DNA of 64,000 nt, counting the filler. It is 19 parts of 19 records of this genome, joined end to end, with 100 filler letters (N's around TTAATTAATTAA, not from the genome) between each part and the next. Parts side by side here need not be neighbours in the genome. Positions count along the whole stretch, not along the records: positions 53,815 to 55,816 come from SRR16133337_92174; positions 55,917 to 58,853 come from SRR16133337_92231; positions 58,954 to 61,481 come from SRR16133337_92863; positions 61,582 to 64,000 come from SRR16133337_92976; 15 more parts are not named here. One strand, 5' to 3'. The position numbers were made by a program, and so were the translations under genes. Of the stretch, positions 54,751-64,000 are shown in pieces (the stretch's first letter is position 1; every line of letters begins with the position of its first letter). Under the pieces are notes generated by a model that saw only the letters and a program-made list of their open reading frames with translations, was not told where the DNA came from and did not search any database.

Positions 54751-56588
54751 CTACATCACAAAGTAACACTTGGTTGTGAATTATTCACGTTAGAATCCCA
54801 AAAGACATTCCACAACTTCAGCACACTATTTTTTTCATTACGAGCTTACTTTCCGATAAGAATGGCGCGCTTGAAGTTAGAGAAAAGGAACACTTTGAAT
54901 AAAGTTCTACATCACAACCGACCAAAAAATGAAACGTACACAATTTCACTCTCCTGTCCAAAAGTAAGCTGCAAAAAGCCCGTGTGTGGCACAAGACGAA
55001 TTCATTAGCGGAGTAGATTTTTTTTTAGTGAAAGAATTGCAAAAATGAAACGGCGCTCAAAACGCCACCATCAAAAAGTGTCTCAAAATAAACCATTCAA
55101 CACCCAACGCTCGTTTCTCTTGTAAAAAATGTGTACTTTCCAATTTTTGCACCAGTTTGTAAATCGAAATCCTGACGTATCGTGTGCTTACCTCTTCTGC
55201 CATTTTGTTAAACACTTGGAGCTCCTTGCTTTGGTTTGAGAAATCGGTGGGGTGGAGAGTTAGGGTAACTTTTTTGTTGTCTTTAATCTAGATTTTACAC
55301 GAAGTATAAAGAAGTCAACCAATAAATAGCATGGCTCAAAATGAAGAATGTACCGGGCTTAATCTCGAGGTTGGTTCTACAGAATTTCGTGGAAGTTTTA
55401 CACAGCAGTTTGAGTAAGGGATTTTTGTCGAACATTCCTCAACGAAAACAACAGTTTCACCTTTTTTTTTACGAAAACACCCCCATCAATTTTCATACAT
55501 TCTCAATTAATTTTTCATTTTTGCTTGACAGTTCCTCGAAAACTTTCACATTTTTTTTTTCCTTATGACATTCGAAATAAATCGCTTTTTTTAAAAAAGA
55601 AGCGTTGACATCTGCAGTAATATGAACACATCACACTTTGGCGAGGGTCCAACTATTTCATGAGAGTGCAGTTGTGGGTCTTCTTTGCCCTTTGAAACGT
55701 CTCATACCCCATTCTTTGCTGCATCATCATTTTTGAACAACCAATGCCACTGGAATTAAAAAGAAATTTGAAAAATAGATTAACTTGGTAATCTCACGTT
55801 GTTTCACGCATTCCTANNNNNNNNNNNNNNNNNNNNNNNNNNNNNNNNNNNNNNNNNNNNTTAATTAATTAANNNNNNNNNNNNNNNNNNNNNNNNNNNN
55901 NNNNNNNNNNNNNNNNGACAAACCGATACACAAACAACAAAAAAACAATTGTTAAAAATATATCTTGTTTTGCCTGGAATTTATGTCCAATACCCAAACA
56001 AGCGATAATATGAAATATCATACATGAGTTTTTAAGGCATCCCACATGTCTTTTTATATCGAATATTCCTCGCACGTTATAAAATTTTACAAATTCGTAT
56101 AATTTGAACAACAACAAAACGTTTACTGTGTATGAATTTCCACGTGTGTAAATTTTAGTAGTATCATTCCAAATATTCGTGTCATTAGTACACCTGGCCG
56201 ACAAAAAAACAGCGGAAAGTGAAAATCTTATCCTCAACCGAAGTTTTTCATACACAAAATTTTAAGATCCAACAAGTACTGTACGTAAATCCACTAAACA
56301 GATTTTTCTCTGTGTGGAAAATTCAACACGTGAAACAAAAATCTCATATTTGTGTGAGGACGTGTACGACCATACATTACCAATACGTTACCAATAATGG
56401 TGATATAATGTTATACAGATGCAAAAATCTCAAACAAAAATTCCCTCAAGCAAACACTAGGAATTGTTTCCAAAGTTTTGAAATTCCATTTCTCAAATAG
56501 AAATATCGATATAGAGGAGAGATTGAAATTCTCGATCTCTAAAATTTTATTTTTTTGTTTTTTGGGCTAGTTTATTCACTGTTTTTAC

Positions 56589-56943
56589 CTGTTAGCATTA
56601 CACCATTCATTGGTGGTGGCACATGACTGCGTGGTGGCGCCCCATTTGATGTTGGTGTGAAGAATCCACCGCCATTTGGTGATCCTCCTGGCCGTGGCTG
56701 GTGATGATGTGGAGGAGCCCCAGTCGATGTTGGTGTGAAAAATCCACCAGCTGGCGGCGGGGGACGACCATACCCGTTCGGCGAACGAGGACCGCCTGTC
56801 GGCATATTATCGTATCGGCGTGGCGGATCTTGGATGTATGGTGGCGAGTATTGTTGAGGTGGTGAGTATTGTGGAGGAGGACGAGGGTGATGTTGTTGAG
56901 GACCGTGGTACGGATGAGGACCACCACTGTTGTACAAAGGACC
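56589..56943 (-). CDS. Eukaryotic Pro/Gly/His-rich low-complexity exon
   Basis: ttctcag|...|gtaaa boundaries; GC-rich relative to flanks; internal repeats QYSPP x2 and GGFFTPTS.GAPP x2. Confidence 0.6.
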
Positions 56944-58953
56944 CTGAGAAACAAATACACAAAAATAAGCAAATAAAATTATACTAGATTGTAATTTAAT
57001 TGCCAGATATTGGAAACAAAAATACTAGAACTTCAAATTACTAAATTTCGTACGAAATATATGCAGATCTCATGAACAAAAAGAAACTCGCAGCACGAGG
57101 GCAATGTCATCCTTGGATATTGCTATGCATTTTTTGGAGGAAACATGCAAGTGAAATGAGCCCCTTATCTCACATATTGCACAGTCACATGTGTATCTTT
57201 CCAAGCTTCTACGAGAAAAAGTCATGATAAAGTTGGGGATGTTTAACATTTGGAGACATTGACTCATCACAACCCTCACCCACACTGTCCCACTCAAAAG
57301 AGATTTATGGGGTTATTTGAAACATATACACAGAAAATGGAAGATGGATGACGTATTGGGTGAATAAAATACACGAATTGTACGACAACCATTTCACAAA
57401 TAATATGTTCGTTTTGTGTCGTGGGAAAAAACAAAAAAAATATGCTCGTTTTTTGCACATATATTTCACCTGCTTACATAAAAAGCATGAAATACAAATG
57501 CAATGATAGCATAATATAAGTTTCTGGAACATAACTATTACAATATAATAAAACTACCAAAAAACTGTTTGGCCCTTCACAAAAGAAAACAAATTGCTGT
57601 GTCATATAACGAATACTTACAGGACGATTTGGTGGCATTTGCGTGCGATTATGAAATATGCGTTCTTCATATCTGATAACAAATGAAAATAGAATAAACA
57701 TTATGAATGTACGGACACCAAGACAGCAATGACGCATATCCGTTCGATAAATTGATGATAATTAAGTAAAAACAAAAACAACAAAAGTGTCATACAATTC
57801 TATTCTCCCACCCCACCTCCCTAGTTTCATAATAAACCTTACCAAATTCGTTACATTTTGAATACACCGAGATAATGAGATTAAAAAATATCATTTCTCT
57901 TATATTTCAAAAGGCTAAAGCAGCTTATCCGATATTGTTCTAAAAAAAAATTCACGCAGCCAGGTGATTGGTATAGAAACAACAAACTGTGGGATCACTT
58001 CGAAAATATTAGAATTGTTGTCCACTAACCAACTGACGGTTTCAACACTCAAAAGACAAAAAGAACCTCCCCTCCAGGAAACATACACCACATTATAACA
58101 ATCTCGAGAAAAATACCTACACGTTCAAATACGCTTCGTGTTTCTCATCCTCACAACTGTCTGAAACTGAACTAATTGAAGAAGCGATGGGAACCGCTTT
58201 TACTTTTGGAACTTGCACATGTGGATATGTCCGCTCACAAAATTCTTTCTCCTCATCTTCTGTTTTTTTGTTTTCTTGATTTCTAAGTCTAACTTCTGCT
58301 ACGCTTTCAAGAAAGAAATTACGTTTTTCTAAAACTTCTTCTAACTCGTCTTGCATACATAAAATTCGGTATTTCAAACTTTTTTCGCGCTTATACACTT
58401 CTCTGAGTCCATTAATATGGACTCTGCCATGAGGATTTTGTATTTCAATATTAATTACAATCTGTAATTCTAGTTCCTCACGGGGAATTTTACGATATTG
58501 TGAAACTTCGTTCCTACGTAGAAAGATACAAAAGGATATATTTTCACTTGTGGTAAATAAACTGCCTTTTCTTTTTGCTCATGATCACAACGAAAATGAA
58601 ACATTGCTTACCGTACACAATAAAACATTGTTTAAAAACAAAATCGCACGTCGTTTTGAAAAAGTATGGCAAAGCGTGAAAAACAAAATCCATCTTTCAT
58701 AAATACATTTTTTTTCATGATTTATCATATTTTTTTAGCATGATTTGTGGTTTAATTTCAAAACAATTTTCATCATGCACGACAAATAATTATACAAACA
58801 TAAACAAATCTCGTTGAACATTTTATTTCTAGGACATGTTTCATTTTCGTTGTNNNNNNNNNNNNNNNNNNNNNNNNNNNNNNNNNNNNNNNNNNNNTTA
58901 ATTAATTAANNNNNNNNNNNNNNNNNNNNNNNNNNNNNNNNNNNNNNNNNNNN

Positions 58954-61030
58954 GGGAACACATCGGCGGGAGTAAACAAACACTACAATTTTCACGACAG
59001 TGACGATCCTCGAGTTATCATCGACATGTCAAGGATAGAAGAATTAAATAAGGTAACTCTTTTGCGTGGAAATATTAAAATTTGTAATGAAAAACTATCT
59101 CCCGATTGCATTTTTTGCCACAAACGGGTCTTGCATATGGGACTCATCGAAAAAATACACATCCAAACTTGTTTTTGCTTGCAAACATTCAAACAATTTG
59201 CAAAGGCAAATTTTGGGCGGAACACACATATCCATAAGTGTATCAATTATAGTATAATCCCTTACAATGCTTTTTTTAACTTCTAAAGGAGCAAAAATGA
59301 GGGGAGGCGAAGGCCTTATACCCGAAACACATACATATTTCCAAATGAAGCGAGGTTATATGTGGGGTAATACGTAATAGATATTTTTTACATAGAGGGT
59401 TTGGATTTTTGTGTGCAGAAAAATGAGTACGGAATACCAGCACACAAGGCAACGTCTTATAGGCGGGGACACCTAAAATGAAGGGGAGCCCTGGCCTTGT
59501 AGATTTGCCTTACTAGTGAGACTTTACTGTACGTTCTACAACTAGTTTAGGACCAAAAAAAGGATTGAGCGATTGTCTTTTTTCACGTTTAAAAATCACT
59601 TTTATGTGGGGCAAACATATACATACATTTACCACACACACGTTTTTGGAACTCGTCATTGTATTATGTTTTAGTTTAAGTGTCTTTAAAACTTTTCGTT
59701 ACTAGGTGGAATGTTCTTCTGAAAGGGCGACATTTGGTGCAAATGTCTCCATAACGCAAATGATCGAAGTTTTTGAGTCTGATGGAAATTCTGGGCTCAC
59801 GACTCTCGCGAAACATCTTCGAAAAACTGCTAACCCGTAAGTAGTACAATATTCGTTATAACTATAGTTATAAGCAAAACACATTGATATTTTTTTTAGT
59901 ATTGCATTCAGTGTGTTGGATTTGAAAAAAAAATGGAATTTTAATGTGGGTTTTATTCACGTTTGATGAAAAACGGGTATTTGTTTTGTTGCGTGCGGTG
60001 CATTCTTTTTTTATCTACATTCACACAAATAAAAATATAGCTTTGTACTTTTAGTTTGTGTGAGTCTTCCTACAGAAATAATTTCTTGTGTTTCTATGTT
60101 TTGTTTCTCTCAATAGACAAGTGCGAAATGTGAGCACATGGGCAGGCAACTTTGGAACTTCAAAAGCGCATCCTGAATTTCCATCGGATCTCACAACAAT
60201 TTTCAGTGGAATAGTACGTATATATCTTTTTTGTCTTGTTTGGATGCACTTTCACACCTGGAACTAAAACATTAATTCTTAACCACCTCAAAAAAATACA
60301 TCGCTTGTAAAAACACAAACATTTCGTCTCGCCGTGCAAAATATTTTTTTGTGATCTGTTCGTTTGTGGTGATACCACGTTTTTAGAAAATAATTAACCT
60401 CTTTATAGCGCGTCTGTTGAAATAAAACGAGCAACAAACTTAAGCGGTTTTGAGACATCTAAAACGTGAATTTTCTCGATTCGTGATATTACTACGACAT
60501 TTATTTCGTGCATTCATATACGTTTTTTGTTTTTTTTCAATTTGCTTTTGTTATTTTGTATTTGAAACAGATTTGTATATTTTCAGGGTGAAAAGCAATT
60601 AAACGACGCGTGGCATGCCACTCACCCACATTTTTTTATAACAATGTTTGTCGAGATTGCACCCATTCTCCCATCACACTCACATACCTCGCAGTAAGAA
60701 CTCCAATCCTCCCACGTAAGAACATTTCCCTTGGGGTTTTCAAATCACACAACGTTTTTGCTTTAAAAGTCACAAAAGGCGTTTAGAAAATATATACACG
60801 AATTAACATATTGAATCTCATCACACAGGATTTCTATCATTTTGGAATTTAAGCCACAATGTTTGTGTTTCGGGTGTTTTTAGGGTGCAGAAGTAGTATT
60901 GCTTTCCAATGGATCCGTGACAAGATGCTCTGTTGATGATTATCTCTCGACCAAATATAACACACGAGATGTACTCATTGAAATCAACGTTCCACATTTA
61001 CACGATGACACAGTTTTTAAAACTTACAAA
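58954..61030 (+). CDS. Eukaryotic xanthine dehydrogenase/aldehyde oxidase, FAD-binding domain, four exons (58954-59052, 59706-59836, 60117-60213, 60884-61030)
   Basis: Phase-consistent GT-AG splicing gives GNTSAGV...IIDMSRIEELN, FGANVSITQMIE, LAKHLRKTANPQVRNVSTWAGN...HPEFPSDL, GAEVVL...LIEINVP...FKTYK. Confidence 0.88.
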
Positions 61031-61581
61031 GTATGTATTCATACATTTTTATTGAAATGAAGTCAATTTCTACCCACATCAAATTGTGTGCCTTTTGTAG
61101 CAGAAATTCTGTGAAAATATAAAATTAGGCATGTAAGTTTTTTTTCAAATCGCAGCTCCTACAGGCAAGGATTGAGAGTTGTAGTGCTTTACACATGAGA
61201 TATCATAACTCACTCCCTTAAGAGGAAGATGTTTGCTCAGTATGGAAGGAAAGTTGTGGGGGTGTAGCTCACACAGGTTCGAAAATTTCAGATTTTGAAA
61301 ACCCTAGGCTGGAGCCCTAAAGGACTGGTGAATATTTTTTGTCTCAACAAACAAATTTTATGCGTTGTAATGTTCGTGATATTTTCAAAACCATAAATAA
61401 TTATTCATTCATTGGAAAAATAAATGACAAGCGAAAAAAAAACCCTACTTGTAAGTACATTTTCAGAATTTCTCTGGTGACNNNNNNNNNNNNNNNNNNN
61501 NNNNNNNNNNNNNNNNNNNNNNNNNTTAATTAATTAANNNNNNNNNNNNNNNNNNNNNNNNNNNNNNNNNNNNNNNNNNNN

Positions 61582-62793
61582 TTCCTGAATCTGAAAGATG
61601 AAGAAATAAAGGATTTTGAAGAAGAATGGCTTGTATTGTGTGCTCCAGGATATAAAGCCCCCAACCCAACCTCATTTGGTATTAGAAAGGAGAATTTTTC
61701 AATCTTAAATTTTAGCAAAAAAATTGCTCTTGTAGCAGGCTCGGCCTATACAGGAGAAATAAAAAAAGGTATTTTTTCAGCCTTGAATCTAATTTTACCT
61801 ACGGAAAAAAAAGTGTTGCCTATGCATTGTTCAGCGAATCTAGGAAAAGAAGGGGATACCGCCATTTTCTTTGGTTTATCAGGAACAGGAAAGACCACTT
61901 TATCAGCAGATCCAAACAGAAAATTAATTGGAGATGACGAACATGGGTGGACAGCAGAGAATACCCTATTTAATTTTGAGGGAGGCTGTTATGCCAAAGT
62001 TATTGACCTCACAGAAGAAAAGGAACCTGATATTTTTAGAGCCATTAGACCTGGAGCGATGTTAGAAAACGTTGTTTTTAAAGAAGGGAGTAAAGAAGTA
62101 GATTATTTTAACAGTTCTATCACTCAAAACACAAGAGTTAGCTACCCAATAGATCATATAGATGCTATTGTAAAGCCTTCGTATGCCGAAAATCCTAAAA
62201 ACATCTTTTTCCTTACTTGCGATGCTTTTGGTGTATTGCCTCCAATTTCTAAATTAACATCAGGTCAAGCAGCCTATCACTTTATTTCTGGTTATACAGC
62301 AAAAGTGGCGGGTACAGAAGCAGGTATTACAGAACCGGTACCTTCCTTTTCTGCTTGCTTTGGAGAACCTTTTATGCCACTTCATCCAACCGTATATGCA
62401 GCAATGCTAAGTACTAAAATGACAGAAGCAGGAGTCAATGTTTGGTTGGTAAATACAGGTTGGAGTGGAGGTTCCTATGGGATAGGATCCCGTATAAAAC
62501 TGAGATACACAAGAGCGATGATTACAGCGGCAATAGAAGGAGAACTAGACCATGTCGATTATGAGCAACACCCTATCTTTGGCTTATACATGCCCAAATA
62601 CTGTCCAAGTGTTCCTTCAGAAATTTTAGATCCGATGAATACCTGGTTACAAAAAGGAGCCTATGTAAGTAAAGCCATACAATTGGCACATTCTTTTCAT
62701 TTAAATTTTGATAAATTCGTCCATCAAGCTTCAGATGAAATCATGCACGGAGGTCCTTTAATTGATGCACATCAGATTTTAGATCACCTATAA
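61582..62793 (+). CDS. pckA: Phosphoenolpyruvate carboxykinase (ATP), 5' truncated
   Basis: YTGEIKKGIF, PMHCSAN, FFGLSGTGKTTLSAD, IGDDEHGW, NFEGGCYAK, NTRVSYP, FISGYTAKVAGTE, WLVNTGW. Confidence 0.97.
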   Translation, partial: FLNLKDEEIKDFEEEWLVLCAPGYKAPNPTSFGIRKENFSILNFSKKIALVAGSAYTGEIKKGIFSALNLILPTEKKVLPMHCSANLGKEGDTAIFFGLSGTGKTTLSADPNRKLIGDDEHGWTAENTLFNFEGGCYAKVIDLTEEKEPDIFRAIRPGAMLENVVFKEGSKEVDYFNSSITQNTRVSYPIDHIDAIVKPSYAENPKNIFFLTCDAFGVLPPISKLTSGQAAYHFISGYTAKVAGTEAGITEPVPSFSACFGEPFMPLHPTVYAAMLSTKMTEAGVNVWLVNTGWSGGSYGIGSRIKLRYTRAMITAAIEGELDHVDYEQHPIFGLYMPKYCPSVPSEILDPMNTWLQKGAYVSKAIQLAHSFHLNFDKFVHQASDEIMHGGPLIDAHQILDHL

Positions 62794-62988
62794 TAGGTTC
62801 CATAAATTTCGCACCTTATGGAGCTTTCAAAGATGCTAAAACCATAAAGCTACCAAGAGATTGCTTCTACAGAGCAACTTTTGAAAATAGAATTGAGTAA
62901 AGGATGCGAATCAAGGATTAAAAGGGAATTATTTGAAAAGATAAATTTATGGATTGCTTCTTAGGAGCAAAACCTTTGTAGTAGAAAA

Positions 62989-63930
62989 ATGAAAGGAGTT
63001 GTAATTAAGTCTACGGGAAGCTGGTATCTTGTGAGAACTTCAGAGGGAGCCATTCACCAATGTAGAATCCGTGGAAAATTTCGAATGGACGAAATTGAAA
63101 GTACCAATCCTGTTGCTGTGGGAGATTGGGTAGATTTTGATTTGGAACCCAAAAAAGAAACGGGTGTGATTACAAAAATAGAGAATCGTAAAAACTACAT
63201 CATTCGTAAGTCAGTCAATCTATCCAAACGTACCCATATCATAGCCTCCAATATTGATAGGGCTTTCTTGATGGTTACCCTTAACAATCCACCAACATCA
63301 ACGAGTTTTATAGATCGTTTTTTAGTGTCCGCTGAAGCTTATCATATTCCTGTTACCATTCTATTCAACAAAATAGATTCCTTTCATACAGATACAGAGA
63401 ACCTTAAAGAAGAAATAAAAGCTATTTACACCTCAATAGGTTATGCATGTATTGATATCTCAGCAAAACAAGGATCTAATGTAGCTATGGTAAAAGAATT
63501 GGTACAGGATAAAGTAAGTCTGTTTTCTGGACATTCTGGAGTCGGAAAATCAACATTAGTAAATACCCTTGAACCCACGTTAAATTTGAAAACCTTAGAA
63601 ATTTCAGAGCAATACAAACGAGGGCAACATACCACAACCTTTGCAGAAATGCACCCCCTTAGTTTTGGAGGCTATATTATAGATACTCCTGGAATTAAAG
63701 GGTTTGGAATGGTAGATTTTGAAAAAGAAGAAATCGGAGGGTATTTTCCTGAATTTTTAAATTTAAAACAAAACTGTAAATTTAACAATTGCCTACATCT
63801 CGATGAACCTGAATGTGCTGTGAAAGCAGGTTTAGAAAAAGGGATTATAGCTCCTTCTCGTTATCTTAGTTATCTACAAATTATTAAAGGAGAGGAGGAA
63901 TCTTTTCGACAAGATGTTTATGGTTTTTAG
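62989..63930 (+). CDS. rsgA: Ribosome small subunit-dependent GTPase A
   Basis: OB-fold N-terminus; circularly permuted GTPase NKID, GHSGVGKS, GQHTTT, DTPG; Zn finger CKFNNCLHLDEPEC. Confidence 0.97.
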   Translation: MKGVVIKSTGSWYLVRTSEGAIHQCRIRGKFRMDEIESTNPVAVGDWVDFDLEPKKETGVITKIENRKNYIIRKSVNLSKRTHIIASNIDRAFLMVTLNNPPTSTSFIDRFLVSAEAYHIPVTILFNKIDSFHTDTENLKEEIKAIYTSIGYACIDISAKQGSNVAMVKELVQDKVSLFSGHSGVGKSTLVNTLEPTLNLKTLEISEQYKRGQHTTTFAEMHPLSFGGYIIDTPGIKGFGMVDFEKEEIGGYFPEFLNLKQNCKFNNCLHLDEPECAVKAGLEKGIIAPSRYLSYLQIIKGEEESFRQDVYGF

Positions 63931-63931
63931 A

Positions 63932-64000
63932 GATACTCCGATCCTTTAGAGATCTGAAAATTTTAGGGGTAAGCTGTAGGCTTTAAGCTATAGGCAGTAG
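63932..64000 (+). repeat. Copy of the ~36-bp dispersed repeat followed by a heptamer array
   Basis: GATACTCCGATCCTTTAGAGATCTGAAAATTTTAGG (63932-63967), then gggtaag-ctgtagg-ctttaag-ctatagg-cagtag. Confidence 0.75.

Noticed and set aside
5629-61581. Recurrent TTAATTAATTAA as a biological repeat or CRISPR-like array
   Set aside because: Always centred in identical N-padded 100-nt blocks; it is a six-frame-stop contig linker.
1-64000. rRNA, tRNA and riboswitch genes
   Set aside because: None recognised by eye; a tRNAscan-SE/Infernal run would be needed to exclude them.

Overview
This window is not contiguous DNA. It is 19 short contigs joined by 18 artificial 100-nt linkers (N44-TTAATTAATTAA-N44), and it mixes two genomes. 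Seven gene-dense contigs (about 31.2 kb: 1-5628, 7900-11550, 16125-22463, 24696-28917, 38023-44227, 48241-51011, 61582-64000) look like a Flavobacteriaceae bacterium. They carry a TonB receptor plus a DUF5689/lamin-tail lipoprotein, tsaD/tamB, a wecB-neuBCA nonulosonic-acid glycan locus, aspS, a CLC-CBS channel, a fused restriction-modification locus, hemL/hemE, a GLPGLI protein with a receptor, pckA and rsgA. The other twelve contigs (about 31 kb) are eukaryotic or eukaryote-like. In them I could splice by hand GT-AG intron-containing genes for a myosin motor (7 exons), a xanthine dehydrogenase/aldehyde oxidase FAD domain (4 exons) and a trypsin-like protease. They also hold a DIRS-type retrotransposon (RT-RNaseH-MTase-like) and a Helitron Rep, the latter ending in an Illumina adapter remnant. 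The most interesting candidates are: (1) an A10 run separating the nuclease-methylase and two-TRD specificity halves of an R-M gene by a +1 frameshift, which could yield both RM and RM-S chains from one gene; (2) a dispersed ~36-bp intergenic repeat family coupled to 7/8-nt tandem arrays, including inverted arrays bracketing hemE; (3) a probable non-AUG start for tamB. All family assignments come from motif recognition by eye; no searches were run.
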